Shown here: positions 1 through 10,211 of the stretch, piece by piece
Position numbering within the stretch: position 1 is the stretch's first letter
Layout of the letters: each line of letters begins with the position of its first letter
Assembly (NCBI GenBank): GCA_001244265.2
Contig: CDLV01000016.1
Coordinates: 744,001-808,000, forward strand
DNA: 64,000 bases
Direction of reading: 5' to 3'
Source of the DNA: Microbotryum violaceum
Taxonomy: Eukaryota
The notes under the pieces: generated by a model
The model's database searches: none
What the model was told of the DNA's origin: nothing
The model's input: the letters and a program-made list of their open reading frames with translations, nothing else
Position numbers and translations under genes: made by a program

Positions 1-527
1 TCACGGTACAGATCCTTGCCAAAGTGGACAAGGCGGAACGACACAATCTGCTCGAAAGTAAGCTCGTGTCCCAAGAGCGTGTTAAATAGCTCAATGGTCG
101 TCGCTTAGTACTTTGCGAAGGCGTCCATGCCGGTGGGAGGGGGTCCCACGTCGAGCAACGCTTGGAGACGGATGAGAATGTCAGCCACCGTGCCGGTACC
201 GACCGCCTTCTTGATCATCTGTAAGACTTCCGCAGGAGTGTGGTCGTAACCATCCTTTATGTGTTTTCGGATGTCCGGTGAGACAGAACGCATCAGCAGC
301 GCGACCGCTTGGAAATTGGCGTGATCGAGATCCGTGCGCGTGTTGGGTGATTGGACGGGCGTCGCGAGGGTGCAGTTCCAATAGTCGCCGCCAAGGGCGC
401 CTCGCACGTCGTCGATCCATTGCGACCAGCCCCCAGCGTTTCGCAGATGGCATGATGGGTCAACATCGCGTGGTTTGACGAGGACAATAGGGGTTGTTCC
501 CCCTGTGACCATGAGAGGAGTGCTCAT
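1..527 (-). pseudogene. Copia gag (N-terminal part), interrupted by TAA at 105-107
   Basis: ORF starts 35 nt after the PBS; gag-like pattern (W..W...V...L; AVALLMRSVSPDIR); frame stays open past the stop to the window edge. Confidence 0.65.
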
Positions 528-573
528 GTCTTGATGACTTGAATTGGCTGGCCGCTCGGTTGGGCTCGTAACC

Positions 574-740
574 TATTGAAACTGAACAGCGATGTGCTGA
601 ACGAGTTGGTGGCAGGGACGAGCCAATGAGTTTGTAATCAAGTGAAGAAGAGGAGACAAAGACGCGAATCGCGCGCGCGACTAATATAAAGTGGAGACGC
701 GCGTAGTGTGGATTTAAGGCAAGAGTAATTTACTTCAACA
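574..740 (-). repeat. 5' LTR of Copia element
   Basis: Short inverted termini TGTTGAA / TTCAA(T)A abutting the PBS. Confidence 0.8.
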
Positions 741-1396
741 GACTCAATCATCATTAACGAGATGAAGCATGAGTGTCTCTGACCCTAGCTCGGCTGGGTA
801 TCGCAGCGAACTGACACCAAAAATCAACACGCTGGCCGCAGCTTTACCGCAGCTTTACCGCAGTGTCATGGGTCAGATCGCATTCGCTTGCAACCGAAGG
901 AACAACGCCATGCAGCATCGCAACAGTCTCATGACTCTCGCATGTGGAGCGAACGACCAATTGACAACATTTCTGTACGATTGCGGCTTGATGACTGACA
1001 TCTCGCTGGGCGACTCTCCAGGTAGCTGCGAGCTTGACGAAGGCGAAGGAGGGCTCGAACAAGTACTTCCATGTGACCGTTGACAACGTTGACGTCACAC
1101 GTCACGTCAACGATCAGCAATTGGATCGACGAACCGAGCTGCTTCATGGAACTTTTGGTTACGCCCACATTCAGAACGGAGATATTGCCGGCGCTTACAA
1201 CCCTCGAGCGTACTCTGCACATCAAGCATCTTTATCGCGAGTAATCTCCAGCATCTCCTCCCAACTCCCCAATCCGACTCGTCATTTACAACCGGGCTCA
1301 AAGTTCAGATATATCGAGCGCTTGCTCGACTGGTTCCTCATCTTGGTCTCAGTCTTCGCGGTCCTCAATGCACACCACCTCCTGTCCTCGTCATAG
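741..1396 (+). pseudogene. AcademH-like (DUF6589-type) transposase relic with deletions and frameshift
   Basis: Motifs DSIIINEMK, MGQIAFACNRRNNAMQHRNSLMTLACGA..LTTFLYDCGL and VTVDNVDVTRHV...LLHGTFGYAHI; homologous to 45656-46181 (minus strand). Confidence 0.7.
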
Positions 1397-1504
1397 ACGG
1401 GCAACTTGACGCGCTCTCGAAAGGACTCCTTAAAGATCAACTTTGCCCAATCTGCATTGTTGATATGCATTTCAGGAGACTTGACACGCAGCAAACAGGA
1501 AGGC

Positions 1505-1720
1505 AAATTAACACATATTTGACGAAAGGCATAATAATTGAATAAGCATCATGAAAATCGTATACTTCAAATACAAGCATATTATGACTTGCATTATTGT
1601 ATACATTACCACAATTAAAGAATTTTAAGGAGTTCATTAAGTTAGCATCTCGAACATTTTGAGAAATTTGAGGTTTACGATGTAATGACGTTTTTCGTTT
1701 TTGCAATAAACGAACCGTCA
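1505..1720 (-). pseudogene. NUMT: fragment of a mitochondrial LAGLIDADG homing endonuclease
   Basis: Sharply AT-rich island; translates as QISQNVRDANLMNSLKFFNCGNVY...MLVFEVYDFHDAYSIIMPFVKY, typical of LAGLIDADG intron ORFs. Confidence 0.8.
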
Positions 1721-2366
1721 CCTGAGGTGTTTTTGTCTAGAACAAAAAGGACAAAAAGGACAAAAAAGAGCAAAAAAAAAAACAGGAATCGGCTGTAAAA
1801 AGTAAGCAGGGGCGTCGAGCGTAGGTTTCCCCCTTTTGTGTAGTTCAGTCTCGGTCCTCTTTCTCTCTTTTAGAGGAACACAATCATTCGGAACCGATCT
1901 GAAACAACGAACACAGTCAATAATACCATTTCGAATACGACGAATCGATCGGCCCAGTACTCGCGATCCTTCTGTAAGGCCACCGGCCTTACACTTCGGG
2001 CTCGATCTAGCTCGACTTTTATGGCGCCGAAAATGCGGAAAGGGTCGTACATGACTTCTGGTCGGGACGCCAATATCAAAGACAGCTGCGGCAGACGCAA
2101 TACTGCAATGGTACATTCACCACAGGCGGCCCGGAGGGCCGCAGTACAGTCAAAAACAGTGATTTTAGGTACACGGTCGCGGATCGATACTTCTTTTTTA
2201 CTAATAGGGTAATCGGCTCGCGCGTCCAATTTCATTCGGAAACTCATTCAAACTAATGGACCGCCAATTGGCCCGCCGCGCGCGCCTACTGATCCCAGAC
2301 CGCCGCCGCTGATACGTGCTCGGCCATCGGCCGACAACCAGGGAGGTGCAAGGTCGAGGTACATCA

Positions 2367-2516
2367 ATTTGTACCACATCCAAGATATACCTCCAAGATC
2401 TGGAGTGCTATTTTTTTTTTCAATTTGTACCACTTTTGAGTCGCAGTTTGGGGTTCGGAGGGTCCGATTTATACATTTTCGGGGCCGCACATTGGGCTGA
2501 GCTTTCCCGGGTCCTG
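2367..2516. mobile_element. Terminus (TIR plus subterminal repeats) of the composite P-like/AcademH relic
   Basis: CGCACATTGGGCTGAGCTTTCCCGGGTCCT (2486-2515) is identical to 47927-47956; three ATTT(G/A)TAC motifs at 2367, 2423 and 2467 mirror the 33077/33130/33185 array. Confidence 0.75.
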
Positions 2517-3018
2517 CTATAGTCCTACGCTCTCCTGCTGCTGCGCTTGCTCGGGCTTGCTAGGCCACCAACATGAAAGACTTCGACCTTTTAGTGGTGA
2601 CGACGGATAACCCGTTGAGTGGGATTACTAAAATCGCTGCAGGGTTGTTACGGCTACAATTCTTGAATCACGTAAGATGGGTCGAATCAAAACTAATGTT
2701 TCGGGGTTTTGCTTATTTTTGCTCCAGCGCCGGCTCATGCAGCCATCTATCTTCCTACGGTGGCTGGCGGCTAAAGTCCCATTCAAAAGGGATTGCGTCT
2801 ATCAGATGATAAGAGGAAAGAATGGCAGCGGACAGCATGGGCAAAGCCTACCGTTAAGTTTGCCCTTTGGTTCCTTCATCAACAGTGGCCTGGCGCTACC
2901 TTCTCTGACTGCGTTGCAGGTGGGACGGTGCAGCAAAATTCGAACATAAGTCCCAGATGAGAGGTCAGCCTGTCTATGTTCCAGCGATTAGACAGCACCC
3001 GCAGGTAAAGGCGCACTT

Positions 3019-5113
3019 CTATGACCTTCCCGCATTGCTGAAAGCCCTCTCCCTTAGTGTTGGTGGTGACTTGGTCCCCACAGCCGGTGAAGTGACGAGC
3101 AGTGTCGATTTTGACTTGTCATCCAGCATCCTCCCAAAAAGCGAATCGAGGGTTCGGAACCCGTAATCCGAACAAACTGCATGACCGCGCGAAATGTTCA
3201 GCTTGAGTTACATGAAGCACACAACAAGTCAGTCCAGATTTACCGAGTATGCCACCCACAATGCCGGCCAAGCGAACAAGAAATTGTAAAAGCGTTGCTG
3301 TACGCTCTCGAATAGTGAGCGACATTGGCTCGATATCGTACTTGAAGAAAATGCCTGCCCGATAAGCACGCAGCGACGTTAAACATGTGATGACAGGAAG
3401 TAATGCAATGACCAGCGGCGGACTTCACGTACCGGGCACACCACGACCGTGCTCAGTCTCCCGGCTCATGTCGGTGACCGAATACTGGTTTGTGTCGAGT
3501 GTGCGCCGGCCCGCGTCAATGTAGGTCGTCGACACAACACTCAGAAAATACTGGAAGATGTGGAACGCTGTAGCTCTTTTGAGATCAGCATACGTTAAGG
3601 CAAAAATCAAAAAGCAAAGATTGCTGCCGCGAAAGAGCTCACGAGCATTGGTGGTTTCCCTGCCAACTCATAGGAAAGAGCGAAAAGTGCTGAGTGCGTT
3701 AGTATGGGCCCGGGAGTACAATCGAATCGTGAAAGACTTACACGGAATTGTCGAGTGGTTGAGCGATTTGTGGGAAGAACGGCCCGAAGCTGAACTCATG
3801 GATCACATGGCTCAGATTCATCACTGCGAAGAGCCAGCCAAGTTTGAGGGCCCGTGAAGGCTTCATCTCTGTCGCTTACAATCCACATCGAACGTACATG
3901 CGTGGTCGGTATGCTCCCAGCTCAGGTAGCCATGGCCCAAGGTAGTCTATGGGGCTCACAACACACCAGCTTGATCAATCATCTGGGACGCCAAGTCGAC
4001 CACAGTCTCATGTTGCCTCACAATGTGCAGGTTCCCCGTCACCTTTTTCACGGTCACGTGGCCCCAGATCTGGAACGGAGAAATCAACCTTACGGGTCAG
4101 AGCCGCATCAATTATGTTCGGAGTCGCGCCAATCCACTGACACGACAGGCCGGTCCGTCCTCGACAATGTGCTGTGTCTTTGCAAAAACTATGCGCAGAG
4201 TGCTGTCAGTCGGTGGCACACGCGAATGCCCTATGTCAACGCGACTCATGTTGGCTTGCATCACCTACCCCTACGCCCTCGCGAGCTGCTGACCATCCGA
4301 GAGGCCGTCATCCCGACTTCCTCATGCAAGTTTTGAAGTCGCTGCGCTTGCCCGATCTCGAAGGTCGTCTGATAGAAGTAAAATTGGGTCGCGTTGAGCT
4401 GGTCTTGTTTGGCTACCGAACTCCGGTTGCCTGGGGTTGTAGTGTATGCCGACCCACCCCATCCTTCTTGAACTCGTCGCTGACATGGAGCCGGTCACCA
4501 ACCGCATCCCGGATGTCCACGGTCAAATCTGGGCGCCAACGATTCGACACAATTGCCAGCATCAGAAAAGTATCGTCCATCGGCGTCGCTGACTGAGTGT
4601 GCGAACTGCACGCGCCGCCAGCGAATCGAACAACGTACAATGGCAAGGGGTAGCGACGGTCGCGTCGAAGTTGACCTGCAGCTCGTGACCTATTCCTCGG
4701 GCAACAGAAAACTGGTAATCGGGTTCGCCGTAGATGTACTCGCGGAGCTCAGTCCACACGAGTGCGGCGATGAAGAGGGCGAGCAGGACGGTCAGCACGC
4801 CGCCACGAGCGGTCTGCTCTTTGTACGTCGCGTTCGTCTACGTCCATGCCGAGCGTAATTCACCCCGATCCCGCGAGGAGCGAGCCCGAGACCAGACCAC
4901 AGACACAGCCGATATCAGTCAATCGCTCGGGACAATTGGCTGTAGCGGTGTCCTTCCCGCACCCACCTTCTTGAAGGCGTCAAACGCATTGAGAGGAGGT
5001 GGAGTGGCGAGTACCGAGTTAAAGTATCCGCGCGACTCGGGTGCGGCGACAGTGTCAGACGCCTGAGTCGAGCTTGAGAGCACAGGCGAGTGCTCGGGCA
5101 ACGCGGCTGCCAT
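3019..5113 (-). CDS. ERV41: ER-derived vesicle protein Erv41/ERGIC2-like (multi-exon)
   Basis: Exons: LNAFDAFKK, RGGVLTVLLAL...ELREYIYGEP, LTVDIRDAVGDRL, FQYFLSVVSTTY...TNQYSVT, GVPGIFFKYDIEPM...FLVRLAGIVGG. Confidence 0.85.
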
Positions 5114-5891
5114 GTTACCGACAGCAGTACTCCGTGAAGTGACGAGAAGCTTGTCAAGGCGCGGTCAAGGTGAAGTGACACGTGACGCGCATGATACATG
5201 ATGCATGATGCGCGGAGGGCCGAAGCGCACCAGTCGCGACTCCATAATTTAACCCTCTTGTGACCAAGTATCACATATTCTGGACATAAGTTAAATGTCA
5301 TCCTGGCAATTGCTGACAAGTTGATTCTCTAACATATCGCATTCCATAAGCAATACAGCAGGACAAGGTGGAGCTTTGCAGATGCAGACGGTCACCTCTG
5401 CGTATTACAGCCACATGCCACTGCACATAAACTCTGTGCGGGTGAGGCTCGGGTCGCCACGTCAGCTTCGCGCGGAGCTTGAGCCTCTAGTTGTAATTGC
5501 TTCGCGGACGAATTACGAGTTCGTGAACTTAGACAACTACCTAGTAGGAGGTAGTAGATAGACCCGACCACTAGGTACATACGAAGGATGAAGTCGGATA
5601 TGGAGCGTGATGCAGTGCGAGGTGTGGAGTTTTCTCGCTAGGTTAAAGATTTGGCCTTGGAAACCTATCCGCCGGAGAGACTGACATTGAGGAGCATCAC
5701 GCATTCGAACAGCTGCGACAGGCTGCGACGTAAGCACGGGCCGACGCGCGTCATCGACTCTTCCCGGCCACTCACCTTTGATACCGGTCACTTCCTCCAA
5801 GGAGCTTATCGTCCGCGCTGCGGTAGCGCCAACAACAACCAATTGTGCTTGAGATCTCACCAACCCATTTACATCTGTCAAAGCATTGGCC

Positions 5892-8836
5892 ATGGTGACC
5901 GAACAGAGGGGACGTCCCGGTCGCATCGAACGGCAACGATCGTGCTCCTCCGAAGCAGCGTTCGAGCAAAAGCAGCGCTCGTCGGGAAGTCAGCTCATCG
6001 TCGTAGCGAACCGGTAAACGAACTGAGCGTCCTTGGCTTCGAGGGAGCTTTTCACTGGCCTCTGTTGTGCTGACTTCACGTACAATTCTAACTACCTCTT
6101 TCGGTACTCGTCAACCGCCGCGCGCTGCCGCGGGCGTTGCTGCAATTCCGTCAACGGCTCTCCACTCAAATCGGATCGCGCGCGCTCGCCTCCTCGATTG
6201 TGGATCAAGACTGCCGGTCTCTGTGATTGCCGACCCGACTGCTGAGGGCGGTTACCGCTTTGTCCCGTCCAGTGGGGGGCTCGCCTCGGCGTTATCGGGG
6301 TGCAAGAAACGCATGGATTTTGTGGTCAGTCACGGCTCCGAGGACATGGACGAACGGCTCGTCTGCCTTCGGAGCAGCGCCTTCGGCTACTGGAATACAG
6401 GCGCTGCGCCGTCACAATCCGAAGCATCGAGGGTTTTGACTTTGCCACAAGCCTCCACAATTGAGCATGCAAATTCCTGGTGCTGACTCTGCGCTTCTTG
6501 CTTGCTTGAAATTTGTGTCATCGCGCATGATCACACAGTGGATCGGCTGGCCAGGTAAGCAAGCGTCCAGCATTGGCCGGGGCACATGCAGCGGTCCTGC
6601 AGGACAGGCGTACTAATCCTCGAAGCATTCCTGGGGTTTCGGGGCACTCCAGGCTTCGATGTTCCTGAAGTCGATCGAGACTTCATCACCAAGAAACTGC
6701 AGACCGAATTCTCCTGCAGCCCCGTGTATTTGTCGGCGGAGGTAGCTGAGCGTTACTATAATGGTTTTTCAAACAGCATCCTCTGGCCCCTATTTCACTG
6801 TAAGTCTCGCTGCGGAGCCAAATAATTATCTGGTCGTTGCAGCGTACGAATGCATTTTCACGAGCCGTGCTGATTCGTTCCTACTCCAGACCATCCGGGA
6901 GAGATGTCCTTCGACGAAACCGACTGGCTCGCTTACAGGCAAGCAAATTTATTGTTTGCGGAGGCTGTGCAAAAGCTCGTGCAGTCTGGCGATATTGTTT
7001 GGGTTCAAGGTGAGCTACCTGTTGCTCATATACCAGGAACCGAATCTACTGATAGTCCGGGCCACCGCGATGCCTTCGGCTTCTGTCTTGCTTAGACTAC
7101 CACCTCTGTCTCGTCCCGCTCTTTCTGCGCGATCTGCTTGGCCGAAGTCCCGCGTCGATGGGGGAGGATGCGCAAGGAAGCGTTGCTGGCATGTTTCAGG
7201 GTCTGACCCTAGGACCACAAGCGGCCTCTCCTAGGCCGGGAAGCGAAGAACCGACCGGAGTGAACGGAACACACAGCCGCACTGTGATCTCGCAAGTACA
7301 GATCGGGTTTTTCCTTCACACACCGTTCCCGAGTTCTGAAGTCTTCCGGTGAGCCTTGCAGGTTTGAGCCGACGTAATGTAGGCGATGAACTGACACTAG
7401 GGTTCTGACCGTCACATGAGTGTTCTGCCTGTCCGGCGAGAAATTCTCCTTGGAATGCTCAATTGCGATCTCATCGGCTTTCACACCTACGACTACGCTC
7501 GACACTTCTTGTCCAGCGTATCTCGGCTACTGGGGCTCAGGTCTTTACCCAACCGTCAGTTTCGTCCTCATTGTCCTTTGTGTCTGTAGACGTGGAAGTC
7601 TCCCTGACACACTGAACCACACTGCAGGCGTCGAGCTGGTGGGCCGACATGCCACCGTGGGGACCTTTCCCATCGGCATTGAGCCGAGCACGTTTTTCGA
7701 TGTATGCTAGATTTGCCTGTGTCGGATCTTCCCGTCAACAGCTGACATGGTCTGCCACCCCTGGTCGGCCCCGCAGTGCCTCTCGCGCGATTCGGTTGTG
7801 CAGCGCATCGCTGCGCTACGCCGCCGTTTCGAGGGCGTCAAGATCATCGTCGGTGTTGATCGCTTGGACTACATCAAAGGCGTTCCGCAAAAACTTCTTG
7901 CGATGGAGGAGTTCCTAGATGATAATCCTGAATGGATCGGCAAAGTTGTATTGGTCCAGGTCGCGGTTCCATCCCGTCAAGACGTCGAAGAGTATCAGAA
8001 CTTGCGTGCCTCGGTCAATGAACTCGTTGGCCGCATCAATGGACGCTTTGGCACAGTCGAATTCATGCCTATACATTTCATGCACCGCAGCATCCCCTTC
8101 GAGGAGCTCACAGCTCTGTATGCAGTCAGCGATGCGTGTCTGATTACGTCAACAAGAGACGGAATGAATCTGGTCAGTTGAATTTCATCAGGCCCATTTG
8201 GAGTTTTGAAGTTTGACCTCACGCGGCTCAAACTTCGCAGGTCGCCTACGAATATGTCGCCTGTCAACAAGAGCGTCACGGAGTGCTTATCTTGTCCGAA
8301 TTTGCGGGTGCTGCTCACTCGCTCAATGGTTCACTCATCGTGAACCCTTGGAACACTGGAGAAACCGCCGCAGCGATCAATCGCGCCATGACCATGGACA
8401 CCGCCACTCGACAAAAGAACCACAGTCAGCTATTTCGATACGTCAGCAAATACACAGCTGCACATTGGGTCAGTGGAGCGCAATGGCAGAAGCTCGTGAT
8501 GAAGTGTTCTGATGCACAACTCCCACCCATCCCGTCCCCAGGGCACAGAATTTGTTGCCGAGTGAGTTAGAGTGCTTTGGACGAACGCCACGGCGCCTTC
8601 CTCTAGAATTTTCTTGTGACTGGTAAAATGCCCATTTTTTTCTTCCAGGTTAATGGGCATAGCAGAAAAGGCCGACGCAGATTCGGGGTTCAATCCGTCT
8701 GGTAAGTGCACGAATGCAAGACCGTGAAGTCTCAGTGGGACGGTCAGGAAACACTGAGCAGCTGACCGTAAAAAACAATGTATGTACTCCAGTGCCAGAT
8801 CACGTTCGCCGTCTCACTCAGAAGCAGCTTCAGTGA
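5892..8836 (+). CDS. TPS1: Trehalose-6-phosphate synthase (GT20), multi-exon
   Basis: LIVVANRLP, SSGGLASAL, YYNGFSNSILWPLFH, IGFFLHTPFPSSE, GVDRLDYIKGVPQKL, RDGMNLV, LILSEFAGAA; the last exon and stop are inferred. Confidence 0.95.
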
Positions 8837-10211
8837 ATGATTGGTCGAACTCTTCCAAGGGCCTGTACCCTGTTGGACCAAGCTGAAAGGTGTGAATGAA
8901 ACGTGCGCAATTTGATCGTAATCAATACAATAGCGTCACGAGTGGGAACCGTCCCCACTTTCCACTCTTAGAGTGCTGGCCAAAGTATGCGTGACTCTCT
9001 TCCTTTTGAACGATGGCTTAGCATAAGACCACTACATAGCCAGTAACGGATGTCAAAAATGCAGACCGCTCAGACCAATTCCAGACCGATTTCAGGCCGA
9101 ATCAGAGCGATTCAGAGAGGGACTTCAGACCATTCTGGTGAACCTCGGCGGGACTCAGCGAACAAGTATTCGACACGATTATGTATGAAAGCTCAACGGG
9201 AGCGTCTGGTACCATGCAGTCACCTACAAGATTCTGGGTCACGCGATGTCAGACCGTATCAGTCTCCGCTCTTCAACACAGAAAGGGCGGATTGACGGGT
9301 TTGACGATTTTACACAAGTTTCTGACTATGTACGACATTTACCGAAGCTTCACCATCATGGCGAGGGAGCTTAGATCAGAGCTTTCGTGAGCACAGTAGG
9401 CGAATTTTCGCCACAGAACAGCGTTTGCCAGTGCACCACCTAGTTGCACTCGGTGACGACGATGACTCCGTTCGGCTTCATTCTCCGAACACCGTCAACC
9501 GTTCCAAGTTTGCCAGCCGGGTCCCTCCCGAGCTACTTGACTGCAATAGCATGCACTTACATCGCAGATGACATATTATGCTACACTGTACCATCCTAAC
9601 ACAGTCCTCATGGTGTACTCGGTAACTCGGGAGAGGAGAGCCTCAGCCTGCATCAAATAATCGGGCTGCTACCGATTCTGCGTTTTGAAAATGCATCCGA
9701 ACCGGGGACCCATTTTTAAAACTCTTTTTCAGTGAAGACAAAAATATCCTTTACACCATCGGGCAACCAAAGCGAATTGGCGACTTTCTCCCCTTTCGCT
9801 TTTGCATATAAAGCGGCTACTAAGCTGGAATAAAAGTCAAGGGCCCTGCATGCCTTGCAGGCGATAACCCGGGGCTGACCCTGCTCAGGCAGTCCTAATG
9901 GTGCCATGTAAATACTCATGGAATGTCCAGTCGTCCGGCACGGACGGATTTACTTCTCTCTATTCACTAAATTCTGACTTGCCGCGAATACTTGCACAAA
10001 TTGAGAGGCGCCGGCGCTGCCAATGATCGATGATCCTTGATCAAGCAGGATCACGCTAGACTATAGGCTAGACCAGGCTTGAGCTGGCTTGAGCTGCCTC
10101 GCACGAGGATCGCACGAGCATTGGCTTTTTCACACCGCGCCGACTACTCGGCCACGCCTTCAACATCGTGCGAAACGTTAATTTCAACGCACCAACCCGC
10201 GCTCTAATGTA

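Larger units (their letters stand above)
1..740 (-). mobile_element. Ty1/Copia LTR retrotransposon, 5' end (LTR, PBS, gag start); runs off the left edge of the window
   Basis: On the minus strand: 167-bp LTR 740->574 (TGTTGAA...TTCAATA), followed directly by Copia-type PBS GGTTACGAGCCC (573-562), then a gag-like ORF 527->105. Confidence 0.85.
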
